Source of the DNA: Gemmatimonadota bacterium
GTDB lineage: Bacteria > Gemmatimonadota > Gemmatimonadetes > Gemmatimonadales > GWC2-71-9
Direction: 5' to 3'
DNA length: 64,000 bases
Assembly: GCA_036679605.1 (NCBI GenBank)
Contig: JAZDCZ010000419.1
Location: 32,001-96,000 of the forward strand
Shown here: positions 19,833 through 29,889 of the stretch, piece after piece
How positions within the stretch are numbered: the first letter of the stretch is position 1
Layout of the letters: every line of letters begins with the position of its first letter
The notes under the pieces: generated by a model
What the model was told of the DNA's origin: nothing
Database searches by the model: none
What the model saw: the letters and a program-made list of their open reading frames with translations, nothing else
Translations under genes and position numbers: made by a program

Positions 19833-20066
19833 ATGCTTACGCGGGACGGTCTCCGTGGCCAGATTGAACGACACATAGACGGGCTGATTACTCTGGAAAC
19901 CCTGTCCTCATGGGCTGAGCAGGTCTTCCGTGAGGAGGATTTCGAACCCGAATTCGCCGGCCAGATCGGCTCAGTGTTATCGGTGCTGCGGGATGCCACC
20001 GATCCGCACCGCTTCAGGTGGGAGGAGCCAGATCTAGAATCCCTGTCAGATTCCCTGCAAGAGTGA
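19833..20066 (+). CDS. Small acidic hypothetical protein (77 aa)
   Basis: ATG at 19833 within ORF 19794..20066; fills the gap before the EamA gene. Confidence 0.6.
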   Translation: MLTRDGLRGQIERHIDGLITLETLSSWAEQVFREEDFEPEFAGQIGSVLSVLRDATDPHRFRWEEPDLESLSDSLQE

Positions 20067-20108
20067 GCGGAGCGACTAGCGAGACCCTTGTTGAGCAGAC
20101 TCTAGGAT

Positions 20109-20993
20109 ATGAGTAAGCCGGTTCTTGTCTGGATCGGCTTGAGCCTGATCTGGGGCTCGACATGGCTCTTCATAAAGATAGGACTTGCCGACCTTCCTCC
20201 CTTTACCTTTGCCACTGTCCGATTCGCCCTGGCAATCGTGGCGCTGGCACCAGTGACGGTAATGCGCCGCGTCAAACTTCCCAGAAACCCCGCGGATTGG
20301 GCTCTGATGATCGGAACGGGGATCTTGCTGTTCTCAGTCACGTACGGATTGGTCTTCTGGGGTGAACAGTATATTTCCTCGGGCATGACCGCGTTGCTTT
20401 TCTCGACCTTCCCGCTCTTCGGCCTCGTGATCGCACACTTTCATCTACATGACGAAAAAATGACCACAGCCAAAGTATCGGGCACAGTCATTGGCCTTGG
20501 GGGTGTCGCTCTAGTTCTATCGAACCAACTCCATACAACTGGTGAGCTAGCTCTTTGGGCAAGCATCGGCATAGTCGCATCCGCCGCAGTCGCCGCCTAC
20601 GCCGACGTGCTAATCAAGGCCCACGGCGCCCATCTGGATCCAACGCTTATGACTCTCGTTCAGATGTGCGCCGGCGTGGTCCCTCTTGCGGCTATCGCTC
20701 TATACATCGAGGGCAACCCAATCGACTTCAGCTGGTCTCCACTGGCCGTAATGTCCACCGTCTACCTCGCCCTGATCGGGACCGCGTTGAGCTTTGTGCT
20801 GCTCTATTGGCTGTTCAAGCATATGGACGTCACCAGAACCATGTTGATCACATTCGTGACCCCACTGGTAGCCGTCGTCCTCGGCGTGATTGTGCTGCAG
20901 GAGACATTCACATGGAGAACCGGGACGGGTGGAGTGGCCATCTTGTTGGGGCTCGCTATGGTCGTTTGGCAGCCGAGGTCTGGGGACGGATAA
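20109..20993 (+). CDS. EamA/DMT family transporter
   Basis: IWGSTW..IK.GL..LPPF...RF; about 10 TM segments. Confidence 0.93.
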   Translation: MSKPVLVWIGLSLIWGSTWLFIKIGLADLPPFTFATVRFALAIVALAPVTVMRRVKLPRNPADWALMIGTGILLFSVTYGLVFWGEQYISSGMTALLFSTFPLFGLVIAHFHLHDEKMTTAKVSGTVIGLGGVALVLSNQLHTTGELALWASIGIVASAAVAAYADVLIKAHGAHLDPTLMTLVQMCAGVVPLAAIALYIEGNPIDFSWSPLAVMSTVYLALIGTALSFVLLYWLFKHMDVTRTMLITFVTPLVAVVLGVIVLQETFTWRTGTGGVAILLGLAMVVWQPRSGDG

Positions 20994-21033
20994 AGAAAAC
21001 CGGCCGTCTCCGAAAGAATCGACGACGGCCGGT
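20993..21033 (-). terminator. Intrinsic terminator of the pilin cluster
   Basis: ACCGGCCGTC...GACGGCCGGT stem followed by TTTCTTT on the minus strand. Confidence 0.65.
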
Positions 21034-21057
21034 ATGGATCAAGGAATCTAATCCCGT

Positions 21058-22182
21058 TCAATAGGAATAAAGCCAACCGCGCGAACGCAACATGGAACCT
21101 GGAGCCGCGTTGGTCAGAACGCGGCTCTTGGCACAGGCCGAATATTGCACCAATGCATTACCCAAAACAGTGTTCTGGTCCAGATCGACGTTCGCCGCCA
21201 TGACCGCGCCATTGAAGTGGCCTCCCGTACCAGTGGTCTTGAGAGACTTCTTCACAATCACAATGCCAAAGAACTCAAAGCCTCCTTGAACCGACAGGCT
21301 ACCGTCCACCAAGAGTATGCCTTGCCCGGCACCACCGCTTATGGACAGATTGCCCGGAGAATACAAGATCGGGAAGTAGCCACCACAAGTCGATGCAGGA
21401 TTGATGGGATCTCCCCAATTATCCTGGTCGGACGTTGTGCAGTCATTGTTGGCATCAAAGGTAGGTCCGACGCCTGTGTGCGTTGACGGAGTCAACTGCT
21501 TGGTAGCCATTGCGACAAGCGCGTCCCAGTCCATATCCCCATATTTAAAGAACGTCGAGTCGGCTACAGACGAATCGGCATCCACTTGGGGAGAGCCGTC
21601 TATGCACGATCCGTCGCTACACTTCCCTTGGGTTGTAAGATCGCTCGCTTGCGGTAAGCGAATTCCGGCCAAATCAGAATCTGGATCGCAGCTCGCCCAG
21701 CCCAAGGGATCCACATTCTGACCGTGTACCTCCGCGGATCCACCAATGCGGGTTGGGCCCTGAGTGGTTAGGGCTGCTTGGATGTCCATATCGATGGGCC
21801 GCAACCGCACGAACGAACCTACCCGCGCCTGAGCACCACTGCTGGCGTCCTCACCCACTATGTTGACCAAAAAGAGTTCGTTGTTGAGCCGCCTCACCGT
21901 ACCCGAGTAGGTGCCCGAACCCTGCGGAGTCGACCCGCTTACCGCCACGGACACATTTATCGCAGTAAGGTTCAGACTAGTCGAATTCCAGTTACCAACC
22001 GTCTGGCCAAGACCATACTCGGCAGCAGCGAACGCCTGGCCCTGACGCCTCGTATTTGAAGCCGTGCGGTGATCCATAATGCTCACAGCTACAAATGCCG
22101 TGACCAGAGAGCCCGCTACTACCAAGCCCAAAATGGATACCAAGAGGGCAACCCCTCGCTCGTTTCTCAAGTGTCTCATCAT
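21058..22182 (-). CDS. PilX-like minor pilin with large C-terminal domain
   Basis: NERG|VALLVS (no Glu5), QAFAAAEYGL; last gene of the cluster. Confidence 0.82.
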   Translation of the reverse strand: MMRHLRNERGVALLVSILGLVVAGSLVTAFVAVSIMDHRTASNTRRQGQAFAAAEYGLGQTVGNWNSTSLNLTAINVSVAVSGSTPQGSGTYSGTVRRLNNELFLVNIVGEDASSGAQARVGSFVRLRPIDMDIQAALTTQGPTRIGGSAEVHGQNVDPLGWASCDPDSDLAGIRLPQASDLTTQGKCSDGSCIDGSPQVDADSSVADSTFFKYGDMDWDALVAMATKQLTPSTHTGVGPTFDANNDCTTSDQDNWGDPINPASTCGGYFPILYSPGNLSISGGAGQGILLVDGSLSVQGGFEFFGIVIVKKSLKTTGTGGHFNGAVMAANVDLDQNTVLGNALVQYSACAKSRVLTNAAPGSMLRSRGWLYSY

Positions 22183-22196
22183 AGTCTCCTAGCTGC

Positions 22197-23072
22197 CTAA
22201 AATCGCGGATTGTTGCGTAATGCCACCCGTGTAATCAATGAGTCGCGTGCATACTGGGCGCTACCAATACCACGCCTCACGAGCGCCCGGGACTCACCGC
22301 GCAGTATGACCTGGATACTTGCGATCAGGGAACTAACCGCCGTCACAGTGCCCGAGGAATCGTAATACGTCAAAGCAAGCCCCGACGCTGTAAGCGGACC
22401 TACAAGGGGTTGCGCAGTGGACCAGGTACCCGATCGGTTAGCGGTACGCTGCCCCATCCACCAGCGAGCATTTGATTGAAGTAACGAGATCTCCTCGGTC
22501 TGAAAACCCCTAATTGGCGCACCCGAAGTGACCAGGTTGAGACCTGCGTTCTGGCCTCCAGACGCCGCTGTAATCTGAACCGTTACCGTCGTCGCAGCTG
22601 ATGCATCTGTACAGGTGCTCGTTCCCACAGCGGTAACCGCACCACCTAACCAAGTGTCATCCGTCCTGATTGTAATATCACCGTCCGCAAATATCAGCAC
22701 CGAGTCTTCAGTAGCGTTGGGGGCTCTCATACCGTATACCATGTCGGCCCTAAAACTGAACACCACCAAGGTGCCTGCTCCGTTGGCCGGAGGAGCACAA
22801 AGCACTCCCGTCCACCTCATGCTGCGGAACCGTAACTGCGTGGCTGTAGCAACGCTTATGTCATTGTCACCGGCATCGACTTCCCTCAGCACACTGCTCA
22901 GGTACGAAACACCAGCCCGCAGGTTTTGATGCAGCTCCATTTTCTGCATTCCAGCTTGGGATGCTCTCTGAGTGCTGACGACCGACTGCAATACGGCCAT
23001 GGACACCAAACCGCCTAGCGCGAGCGCAATCAGGAGTTCGATGAGAGAAAACCCTCGACGGTTCAATTGCAT
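22197..23072 (-). CDS. PilW-like minor pilin
   Basis: RRG|FSLIELLIAL prepilin motif; C-terminal VALRN. Confidence 0.85.
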   Translation of the reverse strand: MQLNRRGFSLIELLIALALGGLVSMAVLQSVVSTQRASQAGMQKMELHQNLRAGVSYLSSVLREVDAGDNDISVATATQLRFRSMRWTGVLCAPPANGAGTLVVFSFRADMVYGMRAPNATEDSVLIFADGDITIRTDDTWLGGAVTAVGTSTCTDASAATTVTVQITAASGGQNAGLNLVTSGAPIRGFQTEEISLLQSNARWWMGQRTANRSGTWSTAQPLVGPLTASGLALTYYDSSGTVTAVSSLIASIQVILRGESRALVRRGIGSAQYARDSLITRVALRNNPRF

Positions 23073-23440
23073 GGCATTGCCTTCTCAAAGGTATCCGCTC
23101 GCTCGCGGCCCCGAGTCATGGGATATTGCACCACGAGAAGAACGTCCCTAGCACGACTAGTCGCCGTGCCGCTCACGGTCCAGTCGAGTTTGTAGATTCC
23201 TTGCAATGTGTCTGACCCAAGTGTGGCACCGAGACATCCACGCGCGCTCAATCGTTCTAGTCGATCACTAGCATAGTACGCCGCCTCTGCCGTCCTGTTT
23301 CCGTCTCCGAGAATGCGTACAGTCTTTGTCAGAGCCGTTAGAAGGCCTATCAAGCCTATCGCAAGAATGCTGATGGCAATGAGTACCTCCGCGAGCGTAA
23401 AACCCGAATTGCCTTTTTTGTTTGCGTTATCCATTACCAA
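23063..23440 (-). CDS. PilV-like minor pilin
   Basis: SG|FTLAEVLIAISILAIG. Confidence 0.85.
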   Translation of the reverse strand: MVMDNANKKGNSGFTLAEVLIAISILAIGLIGLLTALTKTVRILGDGNRTAEAAYYASDRLERLSARGCLGATLGSDTLQGIYKLDWTVSGTATSRARDVLLVVQYPMTRGRERADTFEKAMPCN

Positions 23441-23886
23441 ACGGCCCTCCCGATCGGTGATATGGTCAACGAGTCAGAGTAGGAAGATCTCGAAAACTTC
23501 ATTGTCAGCCAGGCCGATCCCGTCGCGATTCCGGTTGGCGCAAAGGTGACTGAATCACCGACCTGCGTCAGCCCAATGCCGTAAAGGTCAGCCAAGCGAT
23601 CGACCGACCCCACGGTGTCGACCCCGGTTCCATCCTTCTTGCAAACCGTCACCCAAACCAGAGGAATACTACCTGCCGCGACGTGAAATACACTTCGGCA
23701 CCCCCGGGTCGTGGCAATCGCCCTGGCCTGCGCCAGATGCGTAGACACATTTCTCCGAGCCGAGCGAATCGAGTCCTTTAGCATGCCTTGTTTCATACGA
23801 GGTATCGCAACAGCCGCAACAATGCCGACTATCGCCATGGCAACTAGAAGCTCAATTAGGCTAAATCCGTGTTTTGCTTTCCACAT
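23434..23886 (-). CDS. FimT/GspH-like minor pilin
   Basis: HG|FSLIELLV..AVAIP, LAQARAIA, VTFAPTG, ISPIGR. Confidence 0.85.
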   Translation of the reverse strand: MWKAKHGFSLIELLVAMAIVGIVAAVAIPRMKQGMLKDSIRSARRNVSTHLAQARAIATTRGCRSVFHVAAGSIPLVWVTVCKKDGTGVDTVGSVDRLADLYGIGLTQVGDSVTFAPTGIATGSAWLTMKFSRSSYSDSLTISPIGRAVW

Positions 23887-24082
23887 ACAACACCCGCCTG
23901 GACGACCTACATGGGTTGGTTCGGATCACGATGGTCGAACCCAGATTAAGGTACAGTTTTCTCCGTTGGCAAACTGTGTTCCGTTTCACAAACGGAGTGC
24001 GACGACGCTCACTCACTAAAAGTATCCCCTTCGTCATGCAATAGACTAGAGCGCCACACGCTTAGAGTCGCAGCTTGAAAGG

Positions 24083-24098
24083 GCAAGGTCTGTGCCTA
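24083..24098 (-). promoter_or_regulatory. sigma54 (-24/-12) promoter upstream of the pilin cluster
   Basis: Minus strand TAGGCACAGACCTTGC = GGCAC-N5-TTGC. Confidence 0.7.
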
Positions 24099-24465
24099 TC
24101 CGTTAGGTCAATGATTGCAATGAGTTAGGGGACACCGCTGTGTTTAGATGCATGGCAAAATGCATCGTGCCCAGCGGTACGCGGGGCTGAGATCTGGAAC
24201 TTCGCGGCCGGTGAGCACGGTGCCGGTGACCTGTTAGCTGCAACCAAAGGCAGCGGCAGCGCATCTATGGATGGGAATTGGGAAATCAGGCGGTGAAACC
24301 CGCTTGGCTCAAACTCGTAATGTTGACTAGTAGAGTGTAAGCGGTGGCGTGTTGAGCAACTTGCTGCCAGGCAAGGCTAACTCGTCGGGAGGGGACGAGC
24401 GGGACCATGCAAAGCCCGGCTCAGCGCGCCGCCAGCTTACATCCACACTCCAAACTAACTTGCGA

Positions 24466-25863
24466 TCACAACGAGAACTTCTGCGAGAGTTCGTCGATCT
24501 GCCGCATTACTGAGTCTCGCGAGGAGCCTCCGGCAGTAGATCGGCGCTCGATGGAGTCTTCCCAGGATCCCAAACCCGCTATGAGCGCTGGCAAAGCGGG
24601 GTGAATCTCCACGGCTGTCTCAACAGAAACCTCGGTAAGCGATACTGAAGCAGATTCTGCAGCCAGAACCAATTCGCCAATCATGCAGTGCGCATCCCTG
24701 AACGGCACGCCAGTAACTACCAACCCGTCAGCCAGGTCGGTGGCCAAGAGCGTTGGATCAAGGGCCGCGCTCATCCGATCAGCGCACACCTCGAGGGTGG
24801 CGACCGTACCTCGCATCGCGGGTAAGGTGAGTAGCAGGGTATCGACGGCATCGAATAGCAGCGCCTTATCCTCCTGCAGATCCTTGGCATAACCCGACGG
24901 TAGCCCCCGCAACAGCGACAGAAGCCCGGTCAGATCACCGACTATCCGCGACTGTTTGGCACGGGTCAGTTCCAGCACGTCCGGATTCCTCTTCTGGGGC
25001 ATGAGGCTCGAGCCCGTACAAAAACGCTCCGAAAGTCTGACAAATCCGCATTCTGCCGACGCGTAGGTCAGTAGATCTCCAGCCAAGCGGGAAACGTTGG
25101 TGGCCGCCATCGCTACAGTAAACAGCAACTCAGCCACGAAATCCCTGGCGCCAGTGCCGTCAAGAGCGTTCGAAGTAGCGCGCTGGAACCCGAGCGCTTC
25201 CGCCAGTACATCGCGGTCTACGATTATTCCTGAGCCCGCCAACGCTCCTGAGCCAAGCGGAAGCTCAGCTATCCGTTCCGCAGCATCGGCCAGCCTGGAT
25301 CGATCGCGACACAGCGGATACGCGTGCGCGAGAAGTACATAGGCCCATCTTATGGGCTGCGCCCTCTGACCGTGGGTGTAGCCGGGCAAAATGATATCAA
25401 TGCTGTTCTCAGCTTGATCCACCAGCGCCCTACCCAGCGCTGCCAACTCGGAGTCTATCTTCTCGATAGCATCGAGACACCACAACCGGAGGTCGGTTGT
25501 AACCTGATCGTTTCGAGACCGGCCCGTATTGAGTTTGCCCGCAATCGAGCCAACCTCTTCGTACAGCAGTCGCTCAACCAGGGTGTGGACGTCTTCGTCT
25601 TCGGCGCCAACGGCGGCGCCGTCAGCCAAACGGCCGGCCACCCGATCCAAACCGATCAACAGACGCTCTCTCTCTTCTGTGTCGAGCACGTGCGCACCAT
25701 AAAGCGCCGACACCCACGCTCTTGCAGCCTTGATATCATAAGGCCAGAGGCGGATGTCGACTGAGAGGCTTTCGTTCAGGTCGACAACGCTCTGCTCGAT
25801 TCCTGACGCGAACCTTCCTCCCCAAAGCTGATAGGAGGTCTCGCAATCGGTTTGTAAGGTCAT
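24466..25863 (-). CDS. argH: Argininosuccinate lyase
   Basis: LWGGRF, EDVH, TGRSRNDQ, GSSLMPQKRNPD. Confidence 0.97.
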   Translation of the reverse strand: MTLQTDCETSYQLWGGRFASGIEQSVVDLNESLSVDIRLWPYDIKAARAWVSALYGAHVLDTEERERLLIGLDRVAGRLADGAAVGAEDEDVHTLVERLLYEEVGSIAGKLNTGRSRNDQVTTDLRLWCLDAIEKIDSELAALGRALVDQAENSIDIILPGYTHGQRAQPIRWAYVLLAHAYPLCRDRSRLADAAERIAELPLGSGALAGSGIIVDRDVLAEALGFQRATSNALDGTGARDFVAELLFTVAMAATNVSRLAGDLLTYASAECGFVRLSERFCTGSSLMPQKRNPDVLELTRAKQSRIVGDLTGLLSLLRGLPSGYAKDLQEDKALLFDAVDTLLLTLPAMRGTVATLEVCADRMSAALDPTLLATDLADGLVVTGVPFRDAHCMIGELVLAAESASVSLTEVSVETAVEIHPALPALIAGLGSWEDSIERRSTAGGSSRDSVMRQIDELSQKFSL

Positions 25864-27089
25864 GAAGTCGATTTCATCGACGAAAGCGGCTCAGATAACC
25901 CAACACGGGCGCCTAGGCGCGCAGGAAGAGAGAAAAGGTTAATGAACCCACTCGCGTCCGCCTGATCGAACACGTCATCCGCTCCAAATGTCGCGTGTTC
26001 AGCAGAGTAGAGTGAGAACGGACTCTGTCTGGACAAAACGGTCAGAGATCCCTTGTAAAGTTGGAGCCGCACCGTTCCGGTCACTCGCTTCTGGGTGACA
26101 TTCACCAAAGCATCGAGCGCCTCTCGTTCCGTGGACCACCACCAACCCTCGTACACCAGATCGGCGTATCGTTGTGAGAGCTGATCCTTGAGATCGAGCG
26201 TGCGGCGGTCGAGCACGAGTTGTTCGAGTGCACGATGCGCTGCCCGGAGGACCGTTCCCGCCGGAGTCTCGTACACGCCACGTGACTTCATGCCCACGAG
26301 CCGATCTTCCACCACGTCATCCCGGCCGACACCGTGTGCTCCAGCCACGTCGTTCAGCGACGCCACCAACGCCACGGGACCAAGCGGTACGCCGTCTACC
26401 GAAACAGGCGTGCCCTCTTCGAACCCGATGCTCAGCTGTTCGGGATCGTTGGGAGCGTCGCATGGGTCGGAGGTCAGCAAGAAGAGGTCACTCGGCGGTT
26501 TCAAGCCGGGATCTTCAAGGCTTCCGCCCTCGTGCGAGCAATGCCACAAGTTGCGGTCCCGGCTGAACGGCTTCTCTGGGCAGGCCGCTACGTCGATGTC
26601 CTTGCTCCGGAGATATGCGAGAAGGTCCTCGCGGCCCCGGAACTCCCAAATCCGCCATGGGGCTATGACTTCCAGATCAGGAGCGAGCGCCCTGTAGGTC
26701 AGCTCGAACCGCACCTGGTCATTCCCCTTTCCCGTACATCCATGGACCAGCGCCGTGGCCCCAGCGTCGCGAGCGGCGGCTACCTGCCCCGCAGCGATGA
26801 CCGGTCGGGCGATCGCGGTCCCGAGCAAGTAGCTGCGCGCGTACACAGCACCGGCCTTGAGTGTTGGAAACACGAACTCCGTCACCAACCGCTCCCGCAG
26901 GTCCTCTATGACACATCCTGCCGCCCCGGAGCAAATCGCCTTCGCCTCTAGGCCACGGAGTTCGTCCTCTCCCTGACCCACATCAGCAGCGTAACACAGC
27001 ACCCTAACCCCATACTGCTCGCGCAACCACGGCACTATTGCCGAGGTGTCTACCCCCCCGGAGTATGCCAGCACCACTAGACGTTCCAT
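25860..27089 (-). CDS. argG: Argininosuccinate synthase
   Basis: LAYSGGVDTS, HGCTGKGNDQVRFE, SRDRNLWHCSHEG, KSRGVYETP. Confidence 0.98.
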   Translation of the reverse strand: MERLVVLAYSGGVDTSAIVPWLREQYGVRVLCYAADVGQGEDELRGLEAKAICSGAAGCVIEDLRERLVTEFVFPTLKAGAVYARSYLLGTAIARPVIAAGQVAAARDAGATALVHGCTGKGNDQVRFELTYRALAPDLEVIAPWRIWEFRGREDLLAYLRSKDIDVAACPEKPFSRDRNLWHCSHEGGSLEDPGLKPPSDLFLLTSDPCDAPNDPEQLSIGFEEGTPVSVDGVPLGPVALVASLNDVAGAHGVGRDDVVEDRLVGMKSRGVYETPAGTVLRAAHRALEQLVLDRRTLDLKDQLSQRYADLVYEGWWWSTEREALDALVNVTQKRVTGTVRLQLYKGSLTVLSRQSPFSLYSAEHATFGADDVFDQADASGFINLFSLPARLGARVGLSEPLSSMKSTS

Positions 27090-27101
27090 CCTCGACTTGC
27101 T

Positions 27102-27138
27102 CCCAGTTAATATACAGTGGACTGTATAAATATACTAC
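27102..27138. promoter_or_regulatory. Tandem ARG-box-like operator upstream of argG
   Basis: AT-rich CCAGTTAATATACAGT GG ACTGTATAAATATACT resembles TGAATAAATATTCA; lies between argR and argG. Confidence 0.6.
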
Positions 27139-27151
27139 GGGGCGGTTTGGA

Positions 27152-27607
27152 TCAAGGGGTAAGGCCGGCCAGACCTCTCAGGCGTCGCAGTAGGGTCCGA
27201 CAATTCTTGTCGGAGCGCGTGATTATTAGGATTGTGTCGTCGCCGGCAACCGTACCCATGATCTCTTTCCACCCCTGGAGATCGATGGCACTACCCAGGG
27301 CATTGGCACTTCCGGCCGGTGTCCGAATGACCAACAGATTGCCGGCCTTATCCAGGGAGACGAGCAGTGTGGCGAGTAATTGATCCAATGACGGTCGCAG
27401 GACGTCTCCGTCGGAGGGAGGTGCATAATGCGAAACACCGTCGGGGTCTGTGACTTTGACAAGTCGCAGCTCGCGAATGTCCCGCGACAGAGTGGCCTGG
27501 GTAACCTCGATATCCTGCTCACGTAACAGTTGGCGGAGCTGTTCCTGACTCTGGACCAGGTGCTGCCGGAGAAACTTCATGATGGCCGCGTGGCGCCGTG
27601 TCTTCAT
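27152..27607 (-). CDS. argR: Arginine repressor
   Basis: SQEQL, VTQATLSRDI, TPAGSA, GTVAGDDT. Confidence 0.97.
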   Translation of the reverse strand: MKTRRHAAIMKFLRQHLVQSQEQLRQLLREQDIEVTQATLSRDIRELRLVKVTDPDGVSHYAPPSDGDVLRPSLDQLLATLLVSLDKAGNLLVIRTPAGSANALGSAIDLQGWKEIMGTVAGDDTILIITRSDKNCRTLLRRLRGLAGLTP

Positions 27608-27644
27608 TTCGGACCGTGTCCACGGAGGCTCGCAGTGGGGTGAC

Positions 27645-29813
27645 TCAGTGAATGCTCCCGGCGTTTCTCTGGCCTGATTGAGGCCCTAGGGTGATGCCCC
27701 CGGCAAAGGGATTGTGCACTGGACAGTACTCAACCGGCTCCGTGCCGGGTATGAACCATTCGTGGTAGGTCACCTGGGGGGGACACCAACCCGTTACGAG
27801 TAAGCCGGTGGTGTTATCGACTCTGCGCAGGATCAAACCATCTGGTCGCTCCCACTCGGCCGGAGGCGGGCGTCTCTCATATACGTCCCTCATGAATGTT
27901 GCCCAGGCCGGCGCCGCTAGGAGTCCACCCTGCGCATTGGTTTTGATCTTCTGTGGTTGGTCCAAGCCCATCCAGACTGCTGTCACCAACTCCGAAGTGA
28001 AGCCGATGAACCACACGTCGGTCCCGTCATTGGTAGTACCGGTCTTACCGGCCGCCGGGTGCTCAAAACGTCCCCGGAATCTCACCGATCCCCATGCAGT
28101 GCCACCACGCTTGAGTACACCTTCCATCATGTTGGTAACCAGCCACATATGTTCTTCGTCGATCACTCGGTCTGTGCGGACCTGTGGCTCCCACACGATG
28201 TTGCCATGCTCATCCTCTACTCGAAGTATCCCAATCGGCGCCGCTCTAGTGCCGAGAGTTGCGAAGCCCGTGTAGGCCGACGCCATCTCGATCGGTATCA
28301 CCGATGCCGCGCCTATATGGATCGACGGGACGCGGGACATCGACGTAGAGATACCGAATCGGAGAGCCTCACCGATTACAGCAGGCTCTCCGATCTCCCG
28401 GCCCAACCGAATGGCTACGAGGTTTCTCGACTTGCCAAAGCCGGTCCTCATTGTCATCGGACCGTTGAATGAGCCATCAAAGTTTTGCGGTTCCCACGGT
28501 ACAGAGTCTCCGCGCATGAACAGACTGATAGGGGCGTCGTCAATGATATAGCTCGCCGGCTTCCCAGCTCGTATTGCAGCCGTATAGACGAAAGGTTTGA
28601 ACGTCGATCCCGCCTGTCGCTTGGCTTGTGTCGCTCTGTTGAACTCCGAGTCCGAAAAATCGCGCCCCCCCACCATCGCTCGCACATAGCCGCTTTGTGC
28701 ATCGAGGGTGACCAGAGCTGCTTGCAGGTAGGGCGTCTCGGCTCTCTTCCCACCTCCGTTCGCCCGCAACTCCAGATCCTCTTGGTAGGAGATATGTCTG
28801 TAAGGACCGAAGTCTCCGTTCTCGATGCGCTCGAGCTGCTCCTCCAACGCTCGTTCCGCAGCCATCTGCATGTCTAGATCAAGAGTCGTGTAGACGCGAA
28901 ATCCACGTTCGTAGATCTGGTTTCCGAAGCGGTCGTATAGCTGTTGGCGCACCCACTCACGAAAGTAAGGCGCCACGTCGTCGAAATCGGGTCGCGAACT
29001 CAACTCAATTGGATAGGACTTCCACTGCTCTGCTTCGTCTGCGTCGATGTACTCTTCATCGCGCATCAAATTGATCACTCGGTTGCGGCGCAACAACGCG
29101 CGACCCGGATACCGCCGAGGATCGTAGCGCCCGGGCCGATTCGCGATGGCGGCCAGCAGGGCGGCCTCGGCCACATTCAGGTTTCGTGCGGACTTGCCGA
29201 AGTACCTCTGAGCGCCCGCTTCAACTCCGTGAGTAGCACTGCCTCCCAAGTAGATCTGATTGAGATACAGCTCCAGAATGCGGTCTTTCGTGTACGTGCG
29301 CTCGAGTTCCAAGGCTATTCGCATTTCTCGCACTTTGCGCCGAATGTCTTTCGCACTGGGCAATTTGTCGGGAAAGACGTTTCTCGCGAGCTGCATGGTG
29401 ATGGTGGAAAAACCCTCAGAAAATCCTAGGGCAAGCACGTTGGATTTGATCGCCCTGGCAATACCTCGATAATCGACTCCACCGTGTTCGTAGAAGCGCC
29501 TATCCTCTACGGCAACGAAAGCAGCCCTAATGGTCGGCGCGATCTCGTCCACCGAGAGAACGGTTCTGCGTTCGGTACCGAGTTCGGTTATTAGCCGTCC
29601 ATCAGCAGCATACACCTTTGCAGTCTGTGTCGGCGTGTACCCTTCGAGCACTGCGATGGACGGGCAGGAGATCCCGGCGCAGGCTCTGGTCCATGATCCA
29701 TAGGCTATGCCGCAGCCAAGGCCTGTAGCGGCCAACAGTCCGAACGCAGATATCTGCACCAATCCGGCTAGCTTTCGAGTTTCTTTGTGCCGACGTTTCA
29801 TGAATGCACGCAA
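27645..29813 (-). CDS. Class A penicillin-binding protein (PBP1A family)
   Basis: EDRRFYEHGG, STITMQLARN; STFK, SRN and KTG motifs. Confidence 0.96.
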   Translation of the reverse strand: MRAFMKRRHKETRKLAGLVQISAFGLLAATGLGCGIAYGSWTRACAGISCPSIAVLEGYTPTQTAKVYAADGRLITELGTERRTVLSVDEIAPTIRAAFVAVEDRRFYEHGGVDYRGIARAIKSNVLALGFSEGFSTITMQLARNVFPDKLPSAKDIRRKVREMRIALELERTYTKDRILELYLNQIYLGGSATHGVEAGAQRYFGKSARNLNVAEAALLAAIANRPGRYDPRRYPGRALLRRNRVINLMRDEEYIDADEAEQWKSYPIELSSRPDFDDVAPYFREWVRQQLYDRFGNQIYERGFRVYTTLDLDMQMAAERALEEQLERIENGDFGPYRHISYQEDLELRANGGGKRAETPYLQAALVTLDAQSGYVRAMVGGRDFSDSEFNRATQAKRQAGSTFKPFVYTAAIRAGKPASYIIDDAPISLFMRGDSVPWEPQNFDGSFNGPMTMRTGFGKSRNLVAIRLGREIGEPAVIGEALRFGISTSMSRVPSIHIGAASVIPIEMASAYTGFATLGTRAAPIGILRVEDEHGNIVWEPQVRTDRVIDEEHMWLVTNMMEGVLKRGGTAWGSVRFRGRFEHPAAGKTGTTNDGTDVWFIGFTSELVTAVWMGLDQPQKIKTNAQGGLLAAPAWATFMRDVYERRPPPAEWERPDGLILRRVDNTTGLLVTGWCPPQVTYHEWFIPGTEPVEYCPVHNPFAGGITLGPQSGQRNAGSIH

Positions 29814-29852
29814 CTCCTCTTAGAGCTGAAACCTAGCGGCCCACAACCCGCC

Positions 29853-29881
29853 TTGCCAGCGTTCTCGTGGCTCACTAACCT
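29853..29881 (+). promoter_or_regulatory. sigma70-type promoter immediately before tyrS
   Basis: TTGCCA, 17-nt spacer, TAACCT ending 8 nt before the ATG. Confidence 0.5.
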
Positions 29882-29889
29882 TCCCACGC

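Noticed and set aside
24360..24445. c-di-GMP-I riboswitch-like words (GCTAACTCGTC...GCAAAGCCCGG)
   Set aside because: The conserved GGCAAA..GAAA..GACGCAAA architecture is not met, and the element points away from the pilin genes. An Rfam scan would settle it.
27105..27138. LexA/SOS box
   Set aside because: There is no complete CTGT-N8-ACAG, and the argR/argG context favours ARG boxes.
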